DNA of 64,000 nt, taken from contig BCIN01000001.1 in assembly GCA_039545335.1 (NCBI GenBank), positions 798,208 to 862,207 on the forward strand, written 5' to 3'. Within the stretch, counting starts at the first letter, position 1, and each line of letters opens with the position of its first letter. Below are positions 11,329-24,262 of this stretch, piece after piece. Under the pieces are notes generated by a model that worked only from the letters and a program-made list of their open reading frames with translations, was not told the DNA's origin and searched no databases. The position numbers were made by a program, and so were the translations under genes. Source of the DNA: Kondoa subrosea. Taxonomy: Eukaryota.

Positions 11329-14300
11329 CTACTCTTCCATTGCTGTACTGGTGGTATTACTCGGTTTGGCTCCAAGCCCGAGTTTGGTTCCGCCTCGACC
11401 TCTACCCCTACCTCTGCCGCGCTGAGTTATGCGAGGCATGAAGCCGCCGGCAAGAGCAGCTGCAGGACCTTTGACGGGCGCATTGGAGCTTTCTGTTGCA
11501 GCAACTCCAGAAAGGGCCAAAACAGAGACAGGATTACCGGAGATTTCGATCGTCCCCTCAGGAAGCAGCAGAATCTTGCCTACGTCCTATGTTGCAAAGG
11601 AACGTTCAGAGATTGCAAACGAACCAACTCCCAAAAAAGACTTACCGCGGGATTGTGTAATTCAACAACAGCTTCTGACCTTTCCGGGAAGACAATGACT
11701 TTCTGTACTTTGACATGCTTCTCGATTTGTTGTTGGATGAGTGCTTCCTGTGTACCGGTTGGTAGCTTGGTAATCTTGAAGCTTCGATCCCGAGCTGCTT
11801 GCTTTTCTTCAGCAGCAGGTGTTGTTTGCCTATCAAGGTGTGAGCATCTGCTATTTTACAGGAGAAACGAGACGTCTCACTTTGCTCGCGCTCTAGTGCC
11901 AGCTGCTCGAGCATCCGCTATCGTGACAGAGATATTCCTCTTTTTGAGTTCTGTACTGTTGAGCGCCAGCGCTGATCGAGCAGAGTCCTGGACCACCTAC
12001 TTAGATTTCCACTATGGAACAGCCAAGTCCTGACTTACCTCTTGCTCATACTCGACGAAAGCAAAGCCCTTGCATTTCCCTGCATCGTCTGTTATTAGAC
12101 GCACGCCTTTCAATGTTCCGTACTGGTTACAGTGATCTCAGTCAGCCTTTCTGTCACGAGATGGACCAGCTCACAACTTCAAACGCTTTCCGCAGATCTG
12201 CTTCGGTGATCGATCGAGCCAGATTCGCAACGTAGAGTTCCTTTTGATTTGCGTTGACATCGGTCCTTTCTTTCTTGCGCGATGGATCGGAGATTAGCAC
12301 ACTCATTTTCTGACCAGGTGACGTTTCCTTCTCATGCAATTCCGTAGCTTTTTGTGCAGCAGCCTGTTTGTCTTTCTCAGGTCAGACTCTGAAGAAAAGA
12401 AGAGGCTTACCTGTGATGAATACTGAATGTAACAGAACCGTCTTGTCGACTTGAAGCGCTTGCTTGGCCATCTCATGTCCAAAATTGTGCCGTACTAACA
12501 AATGTGTCAGATGCATTGTGGAAAGCATGCTGTAAGTACGGACCGGCTCGAACATAGCTCGCATAGCTTTATCGTCCATTTCTCCAGGGAAATTAGTGAC
12601 AAACAAAGTCGCTTGCCACACCGCAGTAACATCGATTTCTTGATCATGAACGCGCTTCTTGTCTTTTGTCTTTGCCATAGGTACACTCTCCTGTCATATT
12701 CAAGCACGGGATGAGATTCATCTCAATTTCCGGCAGTGGGTGCTGACTCTTTCTTTGAACTCTATACTTGCTATCACTTCCGATGCCTGAGGGAATAATG
12801 TAAGTTCTCTGATCTCTCCACACTACAAGCAACTCGTTAGATTTATGTCCATGTGTAATGGTCATGACTTACATCGCCAAATAGTTTGCGTAATTCTGCT
12901 TCTGTTGTTTCCGCTGGTAAGTTGGCAACGAGCATCGTAGTATTCTCTCGGTCTCTCTTAGTTTTGTCACCAGCAGCAGGTGCTGTAGCAGGTGTCGCCG
13001 GAGGTGCCGAAGACATTGTAGCTGCTAGCGAAGCGAGGGCTGAAGTGGTTCCATTTGTACTAGCTTCGTGCTCTGCAAGTGATTTTAGTCGAGCAAATGG
13101 CTCAAATAAAAGGACAAACCAGTCTTTTGTCTTTTGCCCTTGCCCTTTTCCTGGTCCGTCGTATCTTCTTCAGCTGGTCGTTTGCTCGATGTAGACGCTA
13201 CAGGTGGTACTTCTGCTTGCATTGGCTGAGCAGCTTGAGCAGCTTGAGCAGCTTCGTACTGAGCTGCTGCGTCCTGTACGGAGTTGAACGTGGTGAGACC
13301 CAGGAATGGCTCTCCTTCAGATCACAACGTACTCTAGCTCTTTTCGCGTTTACACCTCGCATCTGTTTACTGACATTGGCCAGAGCGGCTTCTAGATGTG
13401 TAAGAGATCCATGCTGGCTTTCAAATGTAGTCCAAGCATCGAATAGGTATTCAGGGTATTCGAATCGATTTTTGACTGCTTGTTCGAAGACTGCTCGAGC
13501 TCCATCAATGTCGTTTCTCCGTCTGATGATGCATAGTAAGTATCAGCATCTCCTGCCTCGATGCAACGTGAATGCTTACATGTTGAATTCTGCAAAAGAC
13601 AGCCAAGAGAGATAATCTGCCTTGCGAACTTCAGTAGCTTTCTTCCACATCGCTTCAGCTTCTTCGTGCCGGTCGTTTTGTTCCAACTGTGTGTTGTAAG
13701 TTGTGTGTAAGCTCTGAATGGCCTTGTAGTGTCCACCGAACTTACAAAGCGTGTGAGGTATTTTTCTAGCTGATAGTAATATGGATCGCTCTTCTTCAGT
13801 ACTGTCATTTCCGCCATGTATTTAGCGACTACGGCCGCTAGGTAGTATCCAAACTGACCTTTCCGAACTTTCTCGATGCCCTCAGGCAAGACTTGCGTTA
13901 GATCGAGCAGACCTTCAGGGGGATCGATACCCTTGGTGACGACAAGTTCGAAAGTTCTACGATGATAGTCTGCTCGAGCGGTATATAGCTTGATCAATTC
14001 TTCGACATTCTTATCCATCAAATGTGTTTCTATCGCTTGTTTAAAAGTGTCTGTTCGTCTCTGTTAATCCTAATATCACGAAGTGAAAGGCAGAGAGAAG
14101 CAACGAACCTTCAGGAGTGGACAGTCCGGCTCTTTCTTGGATTCTCATCAAAGCAATCCAAGCATCCGCAAGATAAGGTAGATATTTGGTAGCCTTTTCA
14201 GCAACTTCCATCCAATTGACAAGAACGAGTTGTACTTCTTCAGGCATGATTTGTTCTTCTTCCTCATCTTCTTCAGCGGGTAAATCCACTTCTGCTAATC

Positions 14301-15492
14301 GATCCCTCCAGAACTGAATATATGCTTCCCAGACTGTCCAATCGGAAGAACAATCTTTAATAGCTCTTTCGAGAACATTGCGGGCGAGCATAGGATCAGT
14401 AGTACTGGCTTTCTTTCCCGTTCGAAGCCAACCGACGTAAGCTAAGTAAGCTCGAGCAGAGTAAGAAGCTTGAGCTAATTCACGTTCTTTAAGGTCTGTT
14501 CGATCCCAAGTCTCCTTGGTAGAGGAATAAGAAGCGTTGGCTTCGATCATTGTATCTTCGTAGATCGAGGCAGAGAAGTTATTTGAAATAAAAGTAGAGT
14601 AGGATTGGAAGGTTTCGTCCATATCTATAATCGCATGAGAGCGATCTGACAATCACGTAATGATGGGCTTACGATCATGTGGTTCTTCAACTCGGGCAAT
14701 GTACATTGCTTGCAAACGCTCTTTCTGTTCTTCGCTGTGAGATCGCTTCGAACTAAGAACAGAGCATGCCTGATGTTGAACAACAGCATTCACCTCGTTT
14801 CTCTTCGCAGTAGATCAGCTTCGAAGTTTTTCCATTGATTCCAAACGAGGTAACCCTGAAGGATACGTGAGCCTTGGATATTCCTCGACGAGGAATCTAC
14901 TCACTTGTCCAACATGTTGACAAGCTCTATCAGAGACCAATTGCAACTTCTCTCTAGTCTGTTCTTCGCTCCAGAAGCCAGCAAGCAACTCATTGACTCC
15001 AGGACCAGTGTAAGCATCTTCTTCTGGCTCTTCTCCATCATGTTGCGGTAGTGGCAGACCTCGAGAGTAGCAATAGCCTTCAAGTATGAACTTCGCATAC
15101 GATTGACAGATTGGAATAGCTGCCCTTTCATCAATCAGATCACAATTTGCATGATATAAGTCAGTCAGTATACACGCACATAGCATAGTATTCAGAGCGC
15201 GTTCATACAATTCCAATACTTGTATCAAAGCAGCAGGATCTTCTGATTTCTCTCTCGCTTGCTCTTGCTTCTCAGCTATCCATTGCAACCGAGTAGTTTC
15301 AGGTAAAGGAAAGTACTGAGCCAACATGTTCCTCGCATCATCCACGTCTAAACCCAGAGAACGAGTTAATTCAATGTTTCTTGCATGCAACGCATAGTCG
15401 TATGGCTTCTTTTGCAGTTTCGCTAGCAATTTGGAGAGCTCGTCCAACTGAGCGGACTCGTCTGGAGCTGTTGAAGTGGATTCCACTTCCAT
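11329..15492 (-). CDS. PRP24: U4/U6 snRNP recycling factor Prp24/SART3 (HAT repeats + RRMs)
   Basis: HAT-like repeats (LELYERAL, RNVLERAIKDCSSDWTVWEAY, ARAVFEQAV) are followed by RRMs (TILVANLPAETTEAELRKLF, WQATLFVTNFPGEMDD, KELYVANLARSITEADL) and an RG-rich tail. Confidence 0.85.
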
Positions 15493-15633
15493 TGTTTGAA
15501 AGTCAAGGTCAAGAGCAAGCGATGCGCATAATGATGAGATTCTCGAAATACTAGATACACGCCATACTATATACTGATCCACGTACTCGACTGATCCTGC
15601 AACAACATCTCCCGCTCATCCGCTCCGCTTGCA

Positions 15634-17251
15634 TTATTGGGTCGAAGTTGAAGATTGATGAGCTTCATTGAAAGCACCCTTAACAATACTAGTGGGCACT
15701 TGTTCCCTCGGTGGTTCAGGAGTGGAAGGCGGAGCTCTGTATGCAGGTGGCGGAGGTAAATCATCTTCTTCTTGGAAAGTAATATGAGAAAAGATCGATT
15801 GTGAGGAAGTAGCGGTAGGCGACAGATGCTGTTGACTGCTAGCAGAAGAGTAAGATAAAGCTGATGATGTATTGACGGAAGGGAGGTATTGAGAATGATT
15901 ATGCGAAGAACGACCTGGAGAAGACGGCGGAATGGACGATTCGGGAATAGACGTGGGAATGCTCAGTGACGGAGTGTGAGTGACAGAATAAGCTTGAAGT
16001 ATGACTGGAGGTAATTTGTCTTCGGTTTCTGTGTCGCCATGATCAATAACAGCTCGATTCTTTCTTGCCTTGCGTTTGCGTCGAAGAAGAAAGGCGATCA
16101 GAGCAGCAAGCAGGATTAAAGCTATAGCCCCTCCAACTGCTCCACCAACGATTGCGCCCGTTGTAGAAGATCCGCTGGATTCAGGGTGGTTGGAAGAAAT
16201 GGTCGAAGGTGAGCTTGACGAGGAAGAGACCGAAAGAGGCATGCTCGCCATACCGGGACAGGTGGTATTTGAAAATCCACTTGTAGTAATCAGAGGAGAA
16301 GACAGGGCATAGTTTCCCGTTGCATCCTGGATTGAAACTGTATCTGCAGATGAGACCTTTGGAAGTACACTCTGGCTTGGACATACTGATAATTTGAGAG
16401 CCTGGAGCGGCTCGATTGACCCAATTATAAGCATTGAATTGAGAGTCTATGGGTATGACAGTTGGACCTGCGGAGTCTGCTGATGCGATCGTGATAGTAT
16501 GTGCGCCGGAGCTGGACGTGAACAATGAGCATACTTTACTTTGAAGCCAACGCAACATACCCTGTCCAGCTCATCAATAGATTATCGCAAGTCTGTAATG
16601 CTGTGGTGTTGAAATTTGCTACGAATGTCGGTTTCGTTTCATCAAAATGACAGGTATCGCCAGCTTGTGGAGCTGTACCACAATTAATGTCTACATACAT
16701 GCTCAAGCATGGCAGACTTACGGGCGAGAGTATAGATTGGCGATAGTCCGCCGCTCAGACCAGATCCATCAGTCATGAAGAACATGACTAGAGCTGAAGC
16801 AGCTGAATTGATCGTCACGTTTCCTGTCGTCGATCCTCGAGTTTGCCATTGCCACACTTGCCTAACAGGTACTGTAGCGGGCGAGAAGGTCGTAAAGTAA
16901 TAAGGCGCAGAAGTATTGACACCACTTTGCGCTCTCTGCTGTCTCGAGACTTGAAGCGAGGAGCACGCTTTCACGCCATTCAAGAGATCTTGGCCAGGGA
17001 AACTGTAGGTAAAGGCTGGAGTTTGCGACATTGCAGCAGAAGACAATCAGTAGAAGCGGACGACAGTCAGCAGAGACAAGCTGGAAGCCAGAAACCAGTT
17101 GTGCAGGTAGGCTACTGCTGTATTGATCTACTGAACGCAGATAACCTGGTTCGTGGTCGGAAGAGAGAAGAGAGAGAGAGAGAAGGACAAGAAAAGAAGC
17201 CAGCTTAGACAGGTTTCCATGCGACAAATTGCTTATGTAACGAGATTCCAT
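15634..17251 (-). CDS. Type I single-pass membrane protein (signal-like N-terminus, Cys/Trp-containing ectodomain, Ser-rich stalk, Mid2-like TM, PPPAY tail)
   Basis: Hydrophobic LASFLVLLSLSLL, ectodomain exons 16684-17046 and 16181-16558, TM GAIVGGAVGGAIALILLAALIAFLL followed by RRKRK, and a cytoplasmic PPPPAY (PY motif). Confidence 0.7.
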
Positions 17252-17549
17252 TGATGGTCAGCGCTAATGAAGAAGGGTGTCTCAGATGCTTTCATCCTGT
17301 ACTGTAGCGACCACGAATAGCAGGGACAGCGAACAGCGAGTGTCTATGGCGATCCTGTCCGCTTGACAGACAATGACAGCCTGTATTCCATTGCATCGTT
17401 TTCTGCCTTGGACATGATCCACGTTGGGTTGGCCAATTGCATATCTCTTGATGTGCTTCAAACGAGCGCTCGTGAATATTCACCAGCGTCCCTTCCTTCG
17501 ACTTGCTTGAGTTTTGGCAGCCTGATTTTTGAGTCTCTTTTCTTTCGTT

Positions 17550-17683
17550 TTTGCACCATGCAGTGTTCTAGATCCCATGTCCGCGTGTTGCGCCAGTTCT
17601 GCTGCTGAAGGCACCATGCAAGGATCTAGGCCATGACTCTTTGCTTAGTAAACGTTCCTTATCAATTCGTGCTATGGCGCGAT
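17550..17683 (+). promoter_or_regulatory. Repeated GCACCATGCA elements / uORFs / Cys3-like sites upstream of sulfate permease
   Basis: GCACCATGCA occurs at 17553 and 17611, and ATGGCGCGAT at 17674. uORF MQCSRSHVRVLRQFCC* spans 17558-17608. Confidence 0.35.
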
Positions 17684-17756
17684 CGGCTAAACTCCAAAGA
17701 AATACTTCGACAATTTCAAGCAGAACTGGTTTTTCCCTTGTCCTGATTCGTTGAAG

Positions 17757-20498
17757 ATGGGCGCCTTCAGGTTCTTCACCGAGAACATACTGCGCATCAC
17801 GCCAGAGCGCCAACCAGAAAGTCGCAATGACCGTGTCACAAGAGGAGAGTCTATCATCTCACACTACTCTGAAACGAATGCCTACGTCGAGGAGGAACCT
17901 ACTTCTTTGGGATGGATTAAAGAAACATGGCCTAGCAGGCAGGACGCCTTGCGTTTTACGCGAAATTTGTTCCCCTTGTAAATTGCATCATTTCCGCTTA
18001 CTTGCATCAGAGCTGATACGGAAATGACAGCACGCATTGGATCCGCTTCTACAATAAGGATTGGCTTGCTGGCGATTTGGTAGCAGGAATTACTGTGGGA
18101 TGTGTGGTCGTGCCGCAAGGAATGGCCTATGCAGTTCTCGCTCAATTACCTGTGGAATATGGTCTCTATTCTTCCTTTGGTATGTGCCCCTGTCTCTTTC
18201 ATCAAAGTGAACTCTAATTGAGCGGTTCTCAGTCGGCGTGATCATCTATTGGTTCTTCGCAACTTCAAAAGATATCACAATTGGACCGGTAGCAGTCATG
18301 TCCACCTTAGTCGGCGATATTGTCATCAAGACGCAAGAGCAAAGACCAGACATACCTGGGCCTGCAATTGCTTCCGCTCTGGCGCTCTTAGCAGGAGCAA
18401 TCATTTTCGCTCTCGGCTTCATTCGCGCTGGCTTCATCGTCGACTTCATCCCTCTCGTCTCGATCGCAGCCTTCATGACGGGATCCGCTATCAGCATTGC
18501 AGCTGGACAAATACCTACCATGTTCGGTATCAATAAGCTATTCGACACTCGAGCGGAAACGTACCATGTTATCATGTACGTGCGTTCAGTAGTTGGCTGA
18601 CACTGGCTGACTTGTAATATGTAGCAATACATTGAAGCATCTGCCAGACACGAACCTGAACGCAGCCATTGGCCTGACAGCACTTTTCATGCTTTATGCC
18701 ATTCGGTTCACCTTCAACACCTTGGCCAAGAAATACCCTCAGAAAAGACGTCTATTCTTCTTCATCAACACGCTCCGAACCGTCTTCGTCCTTTTGCTCT
18801 ACATCTTGATCTCTTACCTAATCAACCGAAACCATCGTGCAAAACCTCGAATCTCAATCTTGAAGACGGTCCCAAGAGGATTTCAGCATATGGGCGTACC
18901 TCGTCTTGATGGCGATATTATCGGTTCTTTCGCATCACAATTACCGGTTACTGTCATTGTTCTGCTAATTGAGCATATCGCTATTTCGAAGTCATTCGGT
19001 CGGGTCAACAATTATCGCATTGATCCTTCACAGGAATTGATTGCTATCGGGATAACAAACATCATTTCTGTGAGTCTTCGCGCAGCCCTTTGGGGATTCT
19101 TTGGCTAACGATTGTTGCAGCCTTTCTTCGGCGGTTATCCAGCTACAGGCTCCTTCTCCAGGACAGCTATCAAGTCTAAAGCTGGCGTAAGAACACCTTT
19201 CGCGGGTGTAATAACGGGAATGGTGGTTTTGCTTGCGCTATACGCCTTGCCAGCTATGTTCTTCTACATTCCGAATGCAGCCCTCTCTGCCGTTATTGTG
19301 AGCTGCGCATTTACATCTACCTTCTGTGCTGATCCCGCTTTTTCAGGTTCATGCCGTACTGGATCTCATTACACCTCCAGCTGTAGTCTATGGCTTCTGG
19401 CGGATTAATCCTTTCGAAGTCATTATCTTCTTTGTCGGAGTCTTTGTCACCATCTTCTCGAGCATCGAGAACGGAATCTACTGCACAGTAGCATTAGCTG
19501 GAGGACTGATGCTTTGGCGAATTGCAAAGGTTGGTTTCTCGCGAAACACCTGCTTCAACGTGCTAATGCATCATCATAGCCTGCCGGTGATTTCTTGGGT
19601 CGTATTCGAGTAACAATGGTCGCCACTGGAGAAGAAAGGAGTCTTTTCCGATCGCTCGATGCTGGTGACGGAACGAATCCTCAAATTCCAATCGACTCGC
19701 CGCATCCTGGTGTTTTCGTTTTCCGTTTCAACACTGACTTCATCTATCCTAATGGTGAGCTTGACTTATACAATTATTGAGGTTTTGTCTGACTATTACC
19801 TAACAGTCAACCACTATGCGGACAAGATCACTGAAACCATTCTAGCATCTACTAGACCCACAACAATCAATCGATTCGCAAAACCAGGAGACCGACCGTG
19901 GAACGATCCCGTCCCACGATCAATCGACGAAGAAGATACAAGACCAACGCTCAAGGGTATCATTTTCGACATGTCATCTGTTGCCAACATCGATGTGACC
20001 AGTACCCAAATCCTAGCCGATATTCGAGAACAATTCGAAAGGCATACAGCACCTGATCCAGTGTACATTCACTTCTCTGGTACAAGATCAGCTTGGACAA
20101 GGAGAGCTCTTGTTTCGGCTGGATTTGGCCGATCATCAGCCGAGGTCAAGCCTGTCTTCTCTGTCGCGCCAGCTACTAGTGGACCTGTAGTAAATGCTGA
20201 AGGTCCCCATGAAATGAAGAGATCAGATGTCGAAAGAAGGTTATTGCCCGTCAGCTCGGTCGACCGACGTAAGCTTCCTTCCTATCGTTTACTTACACAT
20301 AGCTGATACATTCTCCCCATAGCGACTTTCAATACCGATATAGATGAAGCCCTGACCGCGATCTTGCTTGCCCTCAATGTGATACAAGATAAGAGCTTGG
20401 AGTATACGCCTCCTTCATCGAATGTCTCTCAAGAGCATCTACCAAATGATGGCGTTAAAGGGGTGATACCGGGTTTAACGGAAAAGAGTCAAGCATGA
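17757..20498 (+). CDS. SUL1: SulP/SLC26 sulfate permease with STAS domain
   Basis: GDLVAGITVGCVVVPQGMAYA, YGLYSSF, SKDITIGPVAVMS, EHIAISKSFGRVNNYRIDPSQELIAIG, GYPATGSFSRTAIKSKAGVRTP, and STAS IIFDMSSVANIDVTS. Stop TGA 20496-20498. Confidence 0.95.
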
Positions 20499-20759
20499 GA
20501 TTGGTGTATGATAGGGGTTTGTCGTTTTAGATGAATACGAGATGTAACGAGTTGAAGGGAACAATGTACTATAGTAGAGCAAGCAACACAAGATGCGAAA
20601 ATAGAAGTCATTATTTGAGTAATGCAAAGAACGACATTTGAGATGTATTATACAACTCCCTTTAGTGCTGTACGACAGTGCCAGACTCTCGTTGTTCCTT
20701 CTCAGCCCTGCTTTGACTGCAAAGTCAGCTGCAACGAATGTTGCAAGACTGAGGAGAGC

Positions 20760-22562
20760 TTACGCATGCAAATCCCCTCTAGTAGACCAAACAAACTCAT
20801 CCGCTCCATCAAATATTCCTCGCTCCTCTGCAGCTAAAGTAAATCTATGCTTCTTTCGCTCAAACTTGGGTACAGGCGACTTCTGTAATGAATTCAGTAA
20901 ATCGCTCTTTGCCGGAGATAGACTTGACACCTACCTCGCACATTGTGACGCTCTCGATCATTAAACTGACACCATCATGACCATTACCCCAACTTCGACT
21001 CTTGATGCCACTTTTCATAGTACCATGATAATTGATCAACTTGGGAAGTACTTTCAACCCAACAGTCAGCCAATCTGTTCCCGGTAAGCTCTTCTTCTTC
21101 TCTTGTTGATTCTGATCAGGTGACATCAGGTCTAAAGTGAGCCAACCGGAATGAACAGCCATAAGTAGGATATCGGAATCATCAGTACAAATGTCTGTTC
21201 CCCAAATCTTGCGTTTTCTGAACGATAACGTATCGAAAAGGGTCCAATCTCTAACTTTCCTCTTCTCTCCATCAACATCAACGTTCATACTTGCAGAAGA
21301 AGGAGTAGAATTGGTTGAAGAAGAAGAAGGATCTTGTATCGACCAAGATAAACCTTGCAACCATTGTGAATTTATATAGACTTTCAACTTGCCTCCAATA
21401 TTGTTCGCCAGATTCTCTCCGTCCAATAAGTTAGATGAATCGGTATTCGGGTCCCAGAGGAAAGAACCTAGATAGCTCTCATTTGGTTTCGAGATTGGTT
21501 TCTTGCCTGATCTGATTGACGTTAAGACACTGTTTGATCGAATGACTAGGTTTGGAGGGAATGAAGTAGTTTGTTTCGCTTGTTCCAGAGTAAAGAGAGG
21601 TCTTTGTTGCGTTGGGGCAGGAGATGTGATTCCTTCTTGTTGGTTTGGAGTAGCATTAGATGTAGGTGGTTGGAAAGATGGGTGAGGAATATGATGAATG
21701 TGATGGAAATGGGCAGATGATTGCGGAGGCGGATGCAATGGCTGAGCTTTACTTTCTAGTTTTGGTATTTTATTAGCAGAAGTTGGTTCGACGACGTGTT
21801 GTTGCTGTTGTTGAATAGATTGATTTGGACTATTATTGTAGGATCCGTGAGCTCGATGAACATGGTGGTGGTGATGATGGTGCAAATGAGATTTCGGATC
21901 TGCATTTCCAGGCGAAGGAACAGGCTTATTTGACTCCATAGCTGGATCACTCCGTTTCCTCTTGATGCCATTCCCTGGGAAACCGCTACTTTGCTCCTGA
22001 AATTCCATAGACCTGCTTTGCTGTTGCTGTTGTTGAGATTGAGCGGCATTACGCGATGAATCAGATTCGCGTTGAGGCTCGTTGACAAAGTAACCAGGTC
22101 GCAGAGAATTCTGACCAGGTTGTATTGGAGGATTGAGCTTGATCCCAGATTGCAAGCCAGTGCTAGGACTAGCCGAAGAAGAAGGATTCGGTGCGGAAGG
22201 TGAATGAGCAGAAGCTTGCATAGCCACACCAGCATTGGCGCGTTGCATCCAAGAAGCAAAGCCTGGATTAGGTTGCTTGTTGCTCATTTGCATCATAGGA
22301 TAGCTGGGCGAATTGTTGGCACCATTTTGCTTTGAAGTCATTGAAGAATTCGAGCTTGTTCTCGGTGGAGAGCCGAAGGGAGGTGGTGGTAGACGACTGT
22401 TGCTATTGCTATGCTGCTGCTGATCAGACTGCGACTCTTGCCTTGGTTGCTGCTGTTGCATAAAGGACGGATAATTGTTCATGGTTTGACTTTCCTGCGA
22501 AGGCAAGCCATTGAAGCGAGTAATAGGTTGTGACACGAGCTGAGGTCGGCCAGTATTCTGCG

Positions 22563-22599
<37 letters not shown>

Positions 22600-22986
22600 T
22601 TGTTGCTGTGACGCGGTCGGTGGGTAAGCATTATTGTTAGAATTTGATGAGCGGTTTGTAGAATTGCCCGAGAGTAAGCTGGACATGCTCATCGGGTTCA
22701 CTCTAGGCGACACTTGAGCTGGAGCAGGTGTCAGAGCAGGACCCGGTGAAGATGTTGCGGTTGAAGGAAAAGAAGATTGCGTCGTACTCGTCGGTAAATT
22801 GTTGTTTGCATTATTGTCGATAGGGCGATTGACTCCAGCAGCTGTGTAAAACAGAAGACACCATGTCAGTCAGTTGTGTCTCCTTTTTCTTGCATTCGCT
22901 GACACGCCCAAAGCTCAAAGTTCATGACATCCGGGGAAGCCAACTTCTTAATGCAAGGCAAGGTACTCACACTGCGGTTGTGTCAT
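20760..22986 (-). CDS. RXT3: Rxt3-domain protein (Rpd3L HDAC subunit) with polyQ/polyH low-complexity N-terminus
   Basis: RKIWGTDICTDDSDILLMAVHSGW...VLPKLINYHGTMKSGIKSRSWGNGHDGVSL is the Rxt3 signature. First exon MTQPQ (ATG 22986) precedes a GTGAGT intron. The 3' end is uncertain because an intron follows 20934. Confidence 0.85.
22564..22608 (-). repeat. (CAG/CAA)n trinucleotide repeat encoding a polyglutamine tract in Rxt3
   Basis: The + strand reads ctgctgctg...ctgttgttgttgctg, translated as a 15-Gln run in ORF 20860-22713. Confidence 0.9.
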
Positions 22987-23194
22987 GACCAGTTATGGAG
23001 TCTGCTCGATAGTAGCGGTCAGAGAGGCGGCTGCTCGCGGAAGAAGCGAGGCCTTGCGTCGATCAAATCTGCCTGAGCGGGACGCGTGCCTGATTCGACA
23101 ATTTTAATTACAGGGGTGTAGACACAAGATTGGTTCCATCCCTCGATGCTGCGAAGCTTATTCCGAATGCCGATCATCTTATCCGAGAGCATGT

Positions 23195-24060
23195 TCAGAC
23201 TCTTCGGTCTTTAACCCTGGACTGCTCTTCTTCAGCTTGCTTCGTTGTGGATCTACCTTGCTTCGAGCCAATGATTTGAGACCTCCCCTTGGACTCTTCA
23301 CTAATTTCCTTTGAGTCTTCCCATTGCAACGCGAATAGAACCAACTCTGCTTCTTTCCCAGGCCTGTCCTCTTTGACGACAAATTTCTCTAGGAATCGAT
23401 ATCCGCAAAGTTCGAATACGCGAACGCTAACCTCTGTAGCGATGATTCCGACAGAGAGTTTGCTTTTGCTAGCCAAAGTCTGAACATATTGTACCAACAT
23501 CTTGCCAATTCTTTAGATACAGAATTCACGAGCCTGCTCATGACAAAGAAGCGAAGCACTTCAGACTCACCCTTTACCTTGATATTCAGGATTGACAGCC
23601 ATTCCTTGACCAAGTACATAGCCGCCAAAATACTTCTTTTCCCTTTCTTCAGCTGCTTCTTGTTCGATACATCTTCTATAATTATCCATAAGACCTTCAG
23701 GCACTATCAAAGACGTCAACACAGCGAAAGCCAGATCCAAGGTAGCATTCGTACCTGGTTCTACAGCTCCTTTGCGCGTTTCTTCCTTCATTTGTTCATT
23801 TGAAGAAGAAGGCAGTTTTCAAGCCGCATATCCAACAGCGGTTCCATCGCAGTCAGCAACTACAATTCTTTCTTCTTCTATTAGATCCTTGAATCGATTC
23901 TTCGCTTTTCCAACAAGATACGCTTTGTCGCTTTGCAAGCAATAGCCCTATTGCCAGGATTGGCGGATTGTTTATATGCCGTTTCACCGAAAGAGGGGAC
24001 GTGCAAATTGGTCAGAGAGGAAATATCTGAAGATTGACCCGGACGTAGTTTTAGAGACAT
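23195..24060 (-). pseudogene. GNAT-family N-acetyltransferase, disrupted (frameshift + in-frame TGA)
   Basis: GNAT motifs LRPGQSSDI, IVVADCDGTAVGYAA*KLP, MAVNPEYQGKG|IGKMLV, VFELCGY. The start frame stops at 23881 while the homologous frame is shifted near 23940-23955. TGA at 23819-23821 sits where Trp is expected. Confidence 0.75.
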
Positions 24061-24262
24061 TTGCTTCGGCAATGGTAGAATCAAGATAACCGAGTGCGAG
24101 AGTGAGAGTAAGATCAAGAGTCAGAAGCAACGGCGAGAGCAGGTAAGCGAGTGGAGACGCTTCGAGTCATAATCTGAAAAGCAAAGATCGGAAGCGCGAT
24201 TCTGTATCGAATCCGTCGCTTCGTGTTGGGCAATGACAACGAGCAGTCCGTTGAATATCCTC

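Noticed and set aside
23819..23821. TGA as evidence of an alternative genetic code or selenocysteine
   Set aside because: TGA is a normal stop in several conserved genes here (PYC, SDE2, SUL1), and the same locus carries a frameshift.
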